Source: a virus (lineage: Duplodnaviria > Caudoviricetes). Taken from it: DNA of 64,000 nt. The translations under genes were made by a program, and so were the position numbers. Every line of letters starts with the position of its first letter. Position 1 is the stretch's first letter. Below the pieces are notes generated by a model. The model was given only the letters and a program-made list of their open reading frames with translations, made no database searches and was not told where the DNA came from. Where the stretch lies: positions 264 to 64,263 of the IMG/VR virus record IMGVR_UViG_3300017967_004030. The stretch is one strand, 5' to 3'. Below, piece after piece: positions 26,101-39,800 of this stretch.

Positions 26101-28029
26101 TTAAAATGAATAAGGTGATGTTGTGCTAACGTGATCCCAACTTGTTCCGTTTGATGTAAATACCATCAATGTGCGTACAGGTGTAAGTATTACATTACCG
26201 CTTGCTGTGTTAGATGCTACGATGTCTTGTATCACTGATTCATTTTGTGTTCCATTTGAGTCTACATCTAATGCAGATTTTGTTAAAACTCCTGTTGTGT
26301 CTGGTGACAATGTTACGCTTACATTGATACCTTCAACTGTTGCTCCTGCATATGAAGTAGCGTGTATTTTTGCTTCTTTTCCAATATTAATAGTGTGCGC
26401 AGGGTACATAGATTGTATTACTAAAGCTACGTTGTTTTCTAATGTTATGCCAGAACCTAACCCAGTAATATCCATACTAAAAACAATAGGTTCCTCAGCT
26501 ATTGAGCTATCAACATAATTTTTTGTTGCAGCATCTTGCAAATTTGATGGATCAGCTAAGCCAGTAATTTTTTGCGAATCTTGTATTGCTATATCTCCGC
26601 CGGCTGTTAAATTAACACCGTTATTAGAAACAATTGCAAATGTACCCGAAGAAGGAGATGCTGTAATCGTCGCACCATTTATTCCTATATCATCTACGTT
26701 CAAATATAGTAATGTGCCTATTTCATCTAAGTCTAAACCCTTTTGTATATTGGTTAAGCTTGTATTTGTAAGCTTATCAACTCCGCCGATTTGATATGTT
26801 TTTGTAGCGTCACTTATATCTAAATTTACATTAGATGTCCAAGCATCTTCTGCTGCTATCCAAGTCCAAGATTTAGAACCAACATCATTTGTATCTAATA
26901 ATAATCCTGCATTGTCTGCTTCTACACCATTTAGTCTGCCGCCATCGGCAGTTTTTGCAATTTCTATGTTTTTATCTTCGACTCTTAATGTTGCTACATC
27001 AATACTTGTTGTATCTCCTTCAACTAATAAGTTTCCAGTAACTCGTAAATCACCGTCAACATCTAACGTATATTCAGGTAATCTCGAAGATGTGCCAGTA
27101 GGATCTTTAGTAAAAATTCCTACTCTTTCTGTACTAGCATCTATATAAATTGCATCAACTGTAACACTTCCAGCTTGACTAGACTTAATTCTTAAACTAA
27201 TATCTTCATCTGTAATCTGATTTTCAATATAAAACCTTGGACCAACTATACGTTGTACAACGTTTTGTGATAATCCTAATGTTAAACCACCATTATTAGC
27301 AACTGTTAAAGTTCCGGTAGTAGTTCCATTTGCAGCTGAAGGTAAAAAAGAATCAGCTGTTCTTACAATTCCGCCTTCAGTTACAAGTGCGTTAGCAGAA
27401 TCAGCTATTCCTCTATATTTAAAATTGTCTTTATCTATAATGTTGAATCCTTTATAGATAATTCCATCTGGGTTTGCATCTGTAACTAGTCCTAAAATTC
27501 TTTGGCTATAAGTAGGTGTAAATTCTATTTCACTTACAACTGCTGTAATTACACCTCCTATATATAAACTTGCTACAGTTCTAGATCTACTTTGAGAATC
27601 TAAAATACTTTCTACTCTAAAACCTGTTTCTTGCTGAGTAGTAGTATAACTAGGCCCTATTAATATAAGATCGGTCCCGTCATATGCATAAAGCTGATTG
27701 TTTAGGTTATCAATCCACAAATCGCCTGCAACCATTTGTGGCTGGCTATCTTGTACAAATGGTCCACCACTAGCTTTCCATTGCTCTCCGTCAAAAACTT
27801 TGAGGCGTTTATCACTTGTGTCCCACCAAACTTGTCCAGTTAACGGATTACTAGGTGCAGCAGAATTAGAAAAGCTTTCTAATAATCTAATAAAGTTTTC
27901 ATTAAAATATTCACCATACCCTGTATAGTTTCTTCCTACAAGCACTAAGTTAGTACTGGTATTATCTATTTGTCCATCAACTAGATCAGTAAGTATGGTT
28001 CCGTCTGTTTTATTTAATTGATAACTCAT
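26101..28029 (-). CDS. Tail fibre/baseplate-associated structural protein
   Basis: Same N-terminal domain (VGRNYTGYGEYFNENFIRLLESF, GQVWWD). Fibre-type motifs LDVDGDLRVTGNL and DPSNLQDAATKNYVD. Confidence 0.7.
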   Translation of the reverse strand: MSYQLNKTDGTILTDLVDGQIDNTSTNLVLVGRNYTGYGEYFNENFIRLLESFSNSAAPSNPLTGQVWWDTSDKRLKVFDGEQWKASGGPFVQDSQPQMVAGDLWIDNLNNQLYAYDGTDLILIGPSYTTTQQETGFRVESILDSQSRSRTVASLYIGGVITAVVSEIEFTPTYSQRILGLVTDANPDGIIYKGFNIIDKDNFKYRGIADSANALVTEGGIVRTADSFLPSAANGTTTGTLTVANNGGLTLGLSQNVVQRIVGPRFYIENQITDEDISLRIKSSQAGSVTVDAIYIDASTERVGIFTKDPTGTSSRLPEYTLDVDGDLRVTGNLLVEGDTTSIDVATLRVEDKNIEIAKTADGGRLNGVEADNAGLLLDTNDVGSKSWTWIAAEDAWTSNVNLDISDATKTYQIGGVDKLTNTSLTNIQKGLDLDEIGTLLYLNVDDIGINGATITASPSSGTFAIVSNNGVNLTAGGDIAIQDSQKITGLADPSNLQDAATKNYVDSSIAEEPIVFSMDITGLGSGITLENNVALVIQSMYPAHTINIGKEAKIHATSYAGATVEGINVSVTLSPDTTGVLTKSALDVDSNGTQNESVIQDIVASNTASGNVILTPVRTLMVFTSNGTSWDHVSTTSPYSF

Positions 28030-28032
28030 CTA

Positions 28033-30165
28033 TTATTGCCCCGTATAAATTATGTAATTAACAGCTAAGAATGGATTTAACACATTAATTGCAGCACCCA
28101 CATATTCAGGATTCTCGTCTGTGCCTAAATTCCTGAAGTCGCCTGTGCCTGTCGCTCCGCCGCCTGAAACGCCTCCACTAGATGATAATCCTTGTGTTCC
28201 ACCTAATCCCGGTTCAACAGTTAATCGTATTGCATTGTCATCAGCAGGTTCACCTGCTGCTTCTCTAATAGCGTAATATTGATTTCCGCTTGCGCCTTCT
28301 AAGTCGTGTTCGTGTTCAGGTAAATTAGTATTTCTAATTGTAACTTCTTCTTGGCCTGCATTGCCACCTATTGCATCTGCTGCATCGTTTGTAACTCGAT
28401 TTGCCGAGGTATCGTTCATATTGTCTAAGCCCAAAGGAAATCTACCTCTTAAATCAGGCAAGCCAAATGTTGTAGCTCCATTATTAGCTAATAATGATCT
28501 GTCTTTAAATGAATATTCAATTGCTGCAAATAAAACACTGTAATCTGATATATTTACAATAGATCCATCGCAAAATAGCCATCCGTCCGGTAAATTTATT
28601 CCGCCAAAAGGAACAATAACTCCAGCCGGTACTAAAGGTATTGTACTTAAAAAAGTACTTTTATTAATTTTATAAACACCTGAGTTGTAGCCGCCGGATG
28701 AATTTACTTTGTTTATAAGTAATTCATCTTCGTTGTTAGAAAAAGGTATTCTACCTTTGTTTGATATAAAACTGTTACCTATTCTTACATCGAAAGTTTT
28801 GTTAGTGCCGCCTGTTTGTCCGTCAAAATCAAAACTTACAGTGTTCACATCTCCAGTCAATTGGAAGGTAGTTGCTGTAGCTAATTTATCTGCTGATCCG
28901 GCTCTTCCTGACACAGTACCACTAACATTTCCTTGTATATTACCGTAAAACGTTGCAGCGTGTATTTCTTCATACTTATTACTAGATGTACCTATAAATC
29001 TTGTGCCACTCCCGTCTGGAACAATATTTCCAGATGTTATAACGCCTGCACCGTCACCTGTGCCCATTGATAAGTCGCCGCCAACATATAAGTTTCTTGA
29101 AATAGCGGCGCCGCCTTTTGTTACAATAGTCCCAGTGTTAAGATCTGTAGCTTGGAAGGTAGTATCTATTAAAATTTGACCTGTAGTAGGATCACCTGTT
29201 TTGGAATTTACTTTTATATTACCTTTTACATCTAATTCTTCTTCAGGAGCAGCAGTGTTTATACCAACTAGTCCTCTTGCATCAACTCGCAAAACAGTAG
29301 AATATGTAGTGCCGTTAAGCATTCTAAAATCAATAGATGATCCTGAACTATTATGCTGTATTATACCGCTTTGATTTTCTACTTGTAGACTAAGTTGACC
29401 ACTAGTTCCAATAGCAATGCCTTGATCGTTTTTAACACTTAATTTAAAGTCGGAACTAGTTTCTGCATCAGCACGTAAAAAATTAGCTGCTGGGATTGTT
29501 GCGCCGCCAACTACAAGTGCATTAGCTTTTTCTGCGGTACCATAATATTTTAAACTTTCTGATCCTACTAGTGGTTCTGTGCTTAAATTAATACCTGCAC
29601 CGACACCTCCAGTAAATCCTGGAATTACAGTTTTTGGAATAAACGAAGAATCACTAATTATTATTGCAATTTTGTTTTTTACTTTAATTGTAAAAACGCT
29701 ATATGTCACATCGTCGGTACCAACAACTGATTCAGTTTGACCTCCAGTTAACAGTCCATCACTAAAATCAGGACCTACTAAAATCCAGCCCGCTCCAGTA
29801 AATAGATATAATTGTTGAGTTTCAGTGTTTACCCAAAGATCTCCTGTAGTACTATTAGCAACCGCTGGCTGATTAGTTGCTTTTTTTACACCACTAGCTG
29901 CAATCCAAGTAGTTCCATCGTAAATTTTTAATTGGTCAACACCCTGTGTAGTATCATACCAAAGCTGGCCTTCTACAGGTCGTTCAGGTGAATTCTCGCT
30001 TGCAAAGTTTTCTAGTAAATGTAAAAAATTTTCATTTACTGCTAAACCATATCCAGTATAACTTTTTCCCGGAAACGATAATGAAGTATCTTGGTTAAGA
30101 GTATTATCTTCAACAACAATAGTACCTTTATTAACAATATCGGTAAATTTTATTTCATATGCCAT
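28033..30165 (-). CDS. Short tail fibre-like protein with tail collar domain
   Basis: Same N-terminal domain. C-terminal PAGVIVPFGG..LPDGWLFCDGS...FGLPDLRGRFPLG...NPFLAVNYII is a phage tail collar signature. Confidence 0.8.
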   Translation of the reverse strand: MAYEIKFTDIVNKGTIVVEDNTLNQDTSLSFPGKSYTGYGLAVNENFLHLLENFASENSPERPVEGQLWYDTTQGVDQLKIYDGTTWIAASGVKKATNQPAVANSTTGDLWVNTETQQLYLFTGAGWILVGPDFSDGLLTGGQTESVVGTDDVTYSVFTIKVKNKIAIIISDSSFIPKTVIPGFTGGVGAGINLSTEPLVGSESLKYYGTAEKANALVVGGATIPAANFLRADAETSSDFKLSVKNDQGIAIGTSGQLSLQVENQSGIIQHNSSGSSIDFRMLNGTTYSTVLRVDARGLVGINTAAPEEELDVKGNIKVNSKTGDPTTGQILIDTTFQATDLNTGTIVTKGGAAISRNLYVGGDLSMGTGDGAGVITSGNIVPDGSGTRFIGTSSNKYEEIHAATFYGNIQGNVSGTVSGRAGSADKLATATTFQLTGDVNTVSFDFDGQTGGTNKTFDVRIGNSFISNKGRIPFSNNEDELLINKVNSSGGYNSGVYKINKSTFLSTIPLVPAGVIVPFGGINLPDGWLFCDGSIVNISDYSVLFAAIEYSFKDRSLLANNGATTFGLPDLRGRFPLGLDNMNDTSANRVTNDAADAIGGNAGQEEVTIRNTNLPEHEHDLEGASGNQYYAIREAAGEPADDNAIRLTVEPGLGGTQGLSSSGGVSGGGATGTGDFRNLGTDENPEYVGAAINVLNPFLAVNYIIYTGQ

Positions 30166-30175
30166 TATCTACTCC

Positions 30176-30778
30176 TCACCCTGCCAAGCTCTGAACTCTA
30201 ACAGTATAGTCGATTTGTATTAAACGATTGAGCGATTTTTGTACAGGATGGAAAATAACGTGTGTAATTAATCTACCAGAACCGTCTGCAGAGTAACTTT
30301 TTAAACCTAGTTCGTCAAATACATAGTTATTTGTCTGACTGGCAGCAGTATCAAATGCGTCCTGTCCATCAGGTTCGCCATAATCTAACAAACAACTTAC
30401 TAATATATCTGTATAATTAGTTCCGCTTAAATGACGTACTTCTGTTTTGTTTCTTACAGGATCTGTATTATTAACACTACGTTCATCTACAACTTTTGTG
30501 TATGTTTGATTATATAAAGCAGCATTTGTACCTGTTGAATTTGGTGTCAAATAAGTAATTATACCTGTAGGATCTACGCTAGTACCTCCATTGCCAAAGG
30601 CCATTTCATATATAAAACCTTGCCCTTGATTAGCTAAACTTTCTGCTAAGGCAATACTCATATTTTCATAGTGAATTGCATTACGTTTATCAATGTAAAC
30701 CTTTTGTGATTCAGGATCATATATTTTAATATGTCCTTGAACTAATACTCCACTGTTATCTTGCATTTTATCGCTCAT
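30176..30778 (-). CDS. Putative baseplate/virion structural protein
   Basis: 200-aa ORF in the tail module with its own TAAATA motif. MAFGNGG and FDELGL...LITHVIF pattern is like small baseplate-fibre attachment proteins. Confidence 0.55.
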   Translation of the reverse strand: MSDKMQDNSGVLVQGHIKIYDPESQKVYIDKRNAIHYENMSIALAESLANQGQGFIYEMAFGNGGTSVDPTGIITYLTPNSTGTNAALYNQTYTKVVDERSVNNTDPVRNKTEVRHLSGTNYTDILVSCLLDYGEPDGQDAFDTAASQTNNYVFDELGLKSYSADGSGRLITHVIFHPVQKSLNRLIQIDYTVRVQSLAG

Positions 30779-30796
30779 TTTGATTTTCCTATACTG

Positions 30797-30804
30797 TATT
30801 TATT
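30797..30804 (-). promoter_or_regulatory. Late promoter motif AATAAATA overlapping the stop codon of the 5311-aa gene
   Basis: Minus strand GAATAAATAC, upstream of ATG 30778. Confidence 0.65.
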
Positions 30805-33800
30805 CAGGCAGTTCAGATGTTCCTGCACGTAAGAATCTACCTATACTATTTTCTGATTCTCCTAAAGTTTTGGTTCCTTCATTCCATATTTTACCTTTTC
30901 GTCTAATAACAGTGATCTTTACTCCCTCTAAAGGTGGAGTTTTTAAATAGATATTTTGACTCACAGTGTCTAATTGTATATCAGATGGTAAGTTAAAATC
31001 ACCTTCCGGACTGGTTTGTTCAAAAACAGGCAAATATTTTGTAATATCATTTTTATCTAACCTTTTCCCGCCAACAAATACTTCTATTTCATTTACACTT
31101 GCTGTAGGTGTGTTAAGTTTAAAGGTTTGAGTTTGTCCATCACCAATAAAGGTTTGAACAATTGTTTCGTCTCTGTAAGGAATAGTCTTACTTATATTCT
31201 GGTCGTAAACTTTAGAATTAACTTCGTGTATTTCTTTTATACCTGTACCTAGTGTGCCTCTACGTAATTGTCTTAGCGTATTTCCTTCTTTTACAAAATA
31301 TTCTATTCTTTCTCCGTTTATAAACAATATACCTGGGAGGTTTTGTCCTTTATTTGGTTCAGATAATAAACTTCCGTCTTGTACTTCGATGCGTAAATCA
31401 TAATATGTAAGAGGTTCAGTAAGCACCGTAGCAGGAGCATCTAAACGTTTAAAGTGAGTTCTGTTAAGAATATCTTTAAACTGTCTAAATGCAAATTTGC
31501 TTACACTAGTTTCAGCAGTAAAATGTATTATATCTAACACATCATCTTCACTAGGATATTGCGACAGTATTACTTTATCTTTATTATCATTAATATAATA
31601 ATCAACATCATTTGTAAGTAATGTTCCGTTTTGTATTACCCAAACATACTTGCCGTCTATAGCTGGTTTCCTTAAAGATATTTCTCCAACCGATAGTCTA
31701 TTGTAGTCTATATAATTTGTTGTACCTGGTGCCATTGTTATTCTTGAAACAACATCATAATTAATTCTTTCAATTTCTAAAATGTCGTGATTACTAAATT
31801 GGTAGATTTCTATAGTAGTGCTATCTGCAGGAGGATTGTAAATTCTTACAGTATCTTCTGCGGATAATGTATAATCTCCATCAGTAATAACAAATATTTC
31901 TAATACGTCTCCGGGCTGACCGACATCGTCCGCTAACACAACACTACTATTTGCAATATCAAATCTCCATTGTAGTGACTCTACAGTAATACGTTCGCCA
32001 TTAATATATACAACAATATCACTTGTAAGTAATGATCCTGAAGGCTGTTGGAAAACTTCTAATGCAAATTCTCTTTGTCTGTTTTCTGGAATTGTATATT
32101 GTATATTGTATCCAGGAGTCAATATTAAATTACCTACTTTTACAATTAGGTTGTATTGAGACGGTTTACTGTAAAATGGAGCACTACTTAATTGAAAATC
32201 TGTAGTTAACCCATCTCCTGTAAACTGATCTTTTTTCAGTTGACTATAGTTTACTACACTATCTCCTGCAAATAGTGCAATATAAACAGCATCATTTAGA
32301 TTTGGTGCATTATCAAAACTTATAATAAGATTGCTGTCTGTAGAATCTTCTCCAAATGTTACATCTTGCTTAACACCATTAATACTTGCATAAACGGAAA
32401 TATTTTCTTGTAATCTTACATTAGTTTCAAAATCTCTAGTTTGTCCATCACCTTTGTAATTATAGAAATCAAGGATACTTTGACCTGCTTGCGCTATAGA
32501 AACAATACTTAATGATGCTCCGTTAACATAATTAGGTAGTTCTGTAAAAATACTATTCAATATTACTGTATTACTATTCCAGTTAATGCTGTAATCAATT
32601 CCTCTTCTTAAAATAAAGTTATTCACTTTTACAAAAACACTATCAATTGTACCAGGAGTAACCCCTAGATCGTACTCACTAATATCTTCATTCACTCGAT
32701 AATTTTGTACAAATATTTTACCTTGTCCAGATCCTTCTCTAGTAAATACTTTCAAATCTAATGTATCGTATATTTGTCCAGGAACAAGTTCCTCTGGGCC
32801 TGCCATTGCAGCTTCAGAAATAAATCCGTCGCCGTCTGTAATAATATCTTCTGCATTTATACCAGTTGCATTGTTATAAGATAAGTCTCCGCCACTTAAT
32901 TGTGTATCATAACTATTTGTATCAGGTAATACACTTCCATCACTTGTGGTTTTTCTTACAATTAATGTATCACCGTCTAACAATTCAACAGATAATTCTG
33001 CTAGATCTATTATATCGGTAACACCGTCTCCGGTTAAAGTTTGCATTTCTGCGTCTTTATTAGTTACTGGTGTAATAGTTCCAAAGTTAGGATCATCTAT
33101 TCTTACAAAAGGATTAGGATTAGGTAATACTGAACTATATTTTCTTCTATAAACATTATATTCGACACCCGATTCTAACGGAGAACTGAGTTGAACTGCA
33201 ACAGTTGATTGATCTGCAACAAAGATTTCATCTTCAAAAGTATCGTCAAATTCGTCCCAATAATCGGTATACCATCCTTTAGAATCCCAACCTGACACTC
33301 CTGCAAACTCATAACTTCTAACTTCAACACCGCCATAATCTATACCAGTCATTAACTGAGAAAGATCTTTTCCGTACATATCACTCAAAGGATTATATGA
33401 ATGTAAAATTCTATCTTCGGCACCTAACATACTTAGAGGTATTTGATATTCAATATATATCAAATCATCAGTAGCCGGCGGCGTTGTAAAGTTAATTCTA
33501 CCTTTTTCTACAGCAAATCCTTTTGAATTATCTACTACATTTTCGTATGTGTATTTGCTTCTAAGTTGTTCGACCTTATTAATATATACTTTTACTTTTG
33601 TATTTTCAAGATCCATAGGAAACGGTAGAGTGAAAACTGTATTAATATTTGTTCCTGTAAATGATGCTGTTTTTTGGATAGTATCGTAAGTATATGTTCC
33701 AGACAGTCTATCAAATTTAACTCTTATGTGCGGAGATCTAACTTTTCCGTTGCCTAAGACTGCAACTGCTTTGGCTTGAATACTATTTTCCTGTTGAGAC

Positions 33801-36800
33801 CCTTCTATAGTTACCGTAGGAAGACTAGTGTAGCCATTGCCGGGATCTGTAACTATAATTTTAGTTATTTTACCATATCCTAAAACTGCCTTTGCTTTGG
33901 CTCCTGAGCCGCCGCCGCCACTGATATTTACAACTGGTGTCCAAGTATAACCTGTACCAGGCTCTGCTACATTTATTTCTTTAATTTGATAACCTAAATT
34001 ATCTCTCCAATGTTTTCTTGGATATTGAGCAGTGTTAGATTCGTCACCTATTATTATATCTTGGGTGATACTAGCGTTGCTTGACGAAATTCTTCCAATT
34101 TCATCGTTAAAATAAGGTGCATTGTCAAAGTCAGTTGTTACACTATTAGTGTTATCTAAATTTTCGTAATTATCAACAAATTCTCTTATGTTTGTGCTAT
34201 AAGGTTTTACTTCTTTCACATAAGATTCGTAATCTTCTAAATTACTATACTTAAATGTAGGGCTTTGTTCTAATGTACCTAATTTATGTTTAGCTGATAT
34301 AAAGCTAGTTTTAAACATCCAATCTACACGAGCCTGCTCAGATAAAATATATCTCAAACTTGCAAAAAATAATTGATTATATTCTATTTCAAGATTTGTG
34401 GTAAAAATGTAATCTCTAATAGTATCAAATATAATGCGTAATTCTTTAACCGGATTAGTATCATAGAATGAACTATCAAAACTTGTATTATCATAACCAA
34501 TAGAATTCTTTATAAAATCATAAAGACTAGATTTAAATTCTATAGTTCCGTTTTGTCTGCCAACTGTTGAATAGTTAATTGTATAATCTTCAGTTTGTTC
34601 ATTGGAAACTTTTTGTAATAGTAGCCAACCTCCGGAACCTACATTGTTTATTTTAACAATATCTCCTATTGAATCATTTATACTAGGTAATTCATAAGAG
34701 TTGTCAACACTGTATTTTACATTTGTAAACTGATTGTAACCTTCGTCATACCAATCTATATAATCCCAATACACGCTAACATCATAGGACTGTATAGCAG
34801 TTCTAGTCCATTTGTTTAAAGTATTATTCCAATCATAAATTGTCCACTTATTAAATGCTGTATTGTCAGAATTAATTAATACACTAAATTTACGAGTGTT
34901 TATGATTGTATTTTCTTTATATCCCGAACCTTGTGCAGTTACAGTTACATCTGTAATTTGTCCTAAATTATTAATAGTAATGTCAAAAGCTGCTCCAGAT
35001 CCTTCGCCTTCAATATCATAGCTAGGAGGAACTTTATAGCCTCTTCCAGGATTTGTGATTATTATCCTTAATATTTTTCCATTTACTACTACAGGTGTAA
35101 GCACTGCAGGTGTAAGTTTGTTGGTACTTACAAATGCTAATTCTTCATATGTATCAATCTCTACATCAAATCTATTACTAATAGTTGTAGGTTTAATTTC
35201 ATTTTCAAATAATCTAGATAAATTCTTTTCATCTACAATAAGATTTTTTGAACACACATAATTAATTCTTTCTATAGTTTGTTTTAAAGCTTCTACTCTA
35301 TTGACAAACATACCCTGTCTTGGTCTATTTTGTATACCAATTCTTTTTGCTACAGGAATAGTTATATCAGGAACACGTCTTAGTTGAGTATCTACTCCGA
35401 TAAGACTGTCTATCCATTTGCGTTCTATATCTGAATTCGGTTTGCTAGTAGGCAACTTATCAGAAATAATTTGATATTGTTTATGCTCGTTTTGAGATTT
35501 TCCAGTTTCTTTTTTATATCTAATATTGAGAACCAAATCATCTGAGGTTATTAGTTTATCAAAATTATTTAAGATTAACTTATTATTTCCAATTAAACTT
35601 AAAAATCTATAGCCCGATTGTCTAGGTCTTGCAATCAAACCTACCATAGTTAATAGATTTATATTTCTATTTTCTACCCTTGGAACTGTTTGTTTGTTTT
35701 CTACCCAGAAATAATATTTGGTGCTGAAAGTTTTACTTACTTCGTTGTATGATAATTTGGCACTATACTTAGCGTCTCCGTAGATAGCTGTACCACTGAT
35801 ACCTAGTTTTATGCCATTGTCAGTATCTGCAAGCTGATTCCATTGACTAGGTAGATAGTCACTTTCTACCCACTCATAAATATCTATTGTTGATCCTGGA
35901 AGTAATCTATTCCATTCATTTTTCTGGAATGTTGTAGTTCCTTGATATGCATAACTAAATCTTGCATTAGTAATATTCCACCAAACCTGTCCTACATTTT
36001 TGTCAGTCCAAGCTACTTTAGGATCAACATCACTATCTGCTAATGGTCCAACATTATATCTAGCTGGGTCTAAATTAAGTTTATATGTAATTTCTTGATC
36101 AACTGTTCCTGCAATTTTACCTTGAATAGGATCAATATAGTCTATGTAAGAAATAATTTCGTTTGTTCTTTTATTATATAGGAATGCTCCATCAATTTTA
36201 TCTATATCAACTGGAACTTGGCTACTTCTTTTATTAGTCCAAGCAAGTTTATTTTTTGGCTTACGATAGTCAATTACATAACCTCTTTCGTCACCTAAAG
36301 GATTTATAGCGTTAGGTACACCCACATAAATGTGATTATTTTTAGCTTTTAAATTTTTTCCAAATTCAAATTGTACCGACGGATATATAAGTTGTTCTGA
36401 ATATATAAACCCATTACCTAATTTTTCAAATATGTATACTGTGCCTCTGTCTACTTTTTTGTTGGCAAAGGTTGTATAACCGATATCAAATGTTGTTGGC
36501 GTTCTAGCATCTGTATCAGAATCTAAAATATAACTATCATCAGAAATTGTATTAACAAATGTATCAAATCTAGTTGGAATATTCATATCTCCGTTTAAAC
36601 TTGATATAACTAAATTATCTTTGCCAAAACTGATAGTAGAACCAAATTTTTCAACTTCTTCGTTATTTGGCGATCTTAGCACAAACGTTGGATTAGTCAC
36701 ATCATTATTAACAATTCCATAATAACTATTATCGTAATCAAAATTATAAATCCAAACTTCGCCTTGTTCTTCTTTCTCAGTATCAATATATGGGACACTT

Positions 36801-39800
36801 ACTGCTAATGCTGAACCATCTGGAGACAAACTAATACTATCAGCCCATTTATTAGAATCAATATATACTTCCGGAGTAGCATTTGGATTAGGAACTCTAG
36901 TACCTACGACATCTTGATTTGTTGTATAATGCAATCCTGCAGGATTAGTGTCTTGATATACTGCTGGTATGTTACTATTATTAGCGTCTTTCAGCCATCT
37001 ATCATTATCATTATCTTGTAATGTTTGTCCTGATGCCGGTGCTTTAATTATTTGTTTTAACGTATATTTTTTGTTTTCTAAATTATAAACAACAAGAGAA
37101 ACTTCATAACTACTATCAGATAAAACTTGTCTAGATTTAACTATTAATGTTTCTCCATCTTCACTAACCTCAAAGCTATCTGCAAACTGCTCAATATTTT
37201 CATCTGGATCAAAAACTTGCTCTGCAAGATAGTTAAACCCAGATAAATTTGGTAGATAACCTAAATAATCTATTGTTGCAATTTGCTGCTGCCAAGAACT
37301 GTTAAGTGAATTTGGTGATACAGCTCCAGCACTAATATTAGTAAGTGCCTTCCAGAATAATCCATCTTGTAATACTATATTTCCTTCTGCATAAGAATAT
37401 AGATTGTTAAAGGCGCCTCTGTAGTTAGAATCTTTACTACGTCTCCAAGATATTTTATTCCAAAATATCGAATTATTAATTTCATTACTAGAAGATGATA
37501 TTGTTTTTCTTGCAGCAAAATAGTCATCTTTATAAAGAACTACATCGCCAGTTAGGTATTCAACTCCGAGAAGATAATCTCCTTTAAAAGTTTGATCTTC
37601 AAATACACCGTGATTATAAATTTCTATAGCACCAGGATTTTTCCTCCATTCGTATGGATCATTTCTTGCATCTCCTGTAGGTTCATTAGAAATTAATAGT
37701 TTATATAAATTATTCTTTTTCGTTATCTTAACATTAGAACCAAACTGTTTATCTTTTCCAGCATATTCAGACGTTAACACTATTTGTAGTTGATATAATC
37801 CTGAAACATCTCTTCTATAAATTGTCACGGCTCCTTGGTTTTCAAAACCGCCAGTACCAGTTCTGTCTGCAGGAATATTATAAATTTGAGTGTAGTCTTT
37901 ATTCAAAGAGTACGGTGCATTTTGCTCTCTATCAATACCAGTTAATGTATCTTCATTATAAAAATAATATTCTTGATCAACTATCGGAATAATATCATCC
38001 CAATTATCTACTGCTGGAAATGTTGAATCTGCTTCGATAACTAAAAGTTTTCCAATAAGTGATGTTCCTAATGCTATATCATCATTAATATCTAAAATAG
38101 TACCAATAACTTGATCAGGATCTCCAGCACCACGTAAGGTTGGATTAGATAAACGTTTGACTTGGAATCTTCCAATATTTGTTAACTGTGACCAATTGCC
38201 TGAAGCAATATCTGTACGTAATTTAACGTAAACTCTTATTCTATTAAAGTTTCTTTGATAATAAACAACTTCAGCTGCACTTGTAGTTGAACTTGTTACA
38301 GCTAAACCACCTTGGCCATCTCTAGGTGTTTGTACATCGACTAGAATATCTCCAATTTCTGGTTCAAAAACATTACCTTGGAAGTCAAATTCAGTAAAAT
38401 CAAATTCAATAAACCCGTCCCACATATCATTAATGCTATGAGTTTTTGTTAAGTCAGATACTTGTAAGCCAGTAGAGCTTATATCATAATCTGGATTATC
38501 ATAATATTTCATTTCTATAGAAAGATTATTAGGTCCTTCTGATAAAAATCTAGGATACAGTAAATCAGAATATGTTTTAGACAATCTTACTACAAACTTA
38601 TTACTAGGATACGGACTATTTACTCCTCCATTATCACCATTAAAAGATAAGTGGGTAATAAAACTAGCTTGATTTTTTCTATTAAGGTATGGTCCAATTG
38701 TTCCTACAGTATCTTGAATATTACTATAAGCATTAATAGGATGATTTTCCTGTATTTCGGAAATACGTCTCACATCAGAATAAACCAATCCTCTACCTAC
38801 ATCATAGTATCTACTGTTATTACTATATGTAAATGTATCTCCAGAAAAATTAGGAACTACGTGAGTTGGTACAGGGTCTTGGCCGATATCATATGTTTTA
38901 AACAACCAGTAACCGCCTACAGAGTCAGTAGTAGAATAAGTATTTTCTTCTGTATAAAAGCCTACAAAATCTTTATTATCAGTAAACATTTCGCCAGTAA
39001 TTGGAAAGACACCATTTGCATCAGTAATATAAATTACTGCACTATCACCTAGAGTAGCTCTATAATAGACTATTCCTGAACCTGTGTCAGTTTCTATTCT
39101 ATCACCAACATTAGGAAGTGTTACAAATGTTTCTAAAAAGAAAATGTTATCAATCTTTTGTTGTATAATGTGTTCTTGCGAAATATAAGCAGCACTTAGT
39201 TCTGAAATTTCTTCATCAAAAGGAAAATATCTATCTAATGTTGGAAATGCATAACTTCTCGAATTCCAAGATAATGATACTCCGTCACCTACTTGGGTTC
39301 CATTATACATATCAGCAGGAGCTCTAACTAAGAAATGATCTACAACACTATTTTCTAAACCAGGATTTCCTGCAACTAAAAGTGTAAGTGTAGTGCTATC
39401 TGCATCCTGTTGTTCAGTAATGTTAATGTAAGAGTCAAATGTAGTAAACGGTTGATCTTCGATTTTAGGTAATATTTCTCTATTTGCTTTCCATAAACTT
39501 TCTCTATATCTAACTATATCGCCCTTTATGTATGTGCGAGTTGAATCAAATTCTCCTAAAAATCTAGTAGGAACATAGCTTGCGTTTGGAGATCCTACTG
39601 CTAAAAATTCGCCGTCTGCAGAAACATCAATTGATTTTCCGAATTGACTATTATATGGATCAAAATACGCAAATGCATTTGTAATTTGTTCCCAATAAGT
39701 ACTTGCTTCTGTGTCACTAAAAAATGTGCCACTAGTATGATTGTCAATTGCTTTCCAATACGTGCGTGTACTGTCAACATCGTATACAATAACGTTATTT

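Noticed and set aside
14104-30165. Diversity-generating retroelement or invertible fibre cassette
   Set aside because: No reverse transcriptase or recombinase in the window, and I saw no near-identical template/variable repeat pair. A self-alignment would be needed to exclude it fully.
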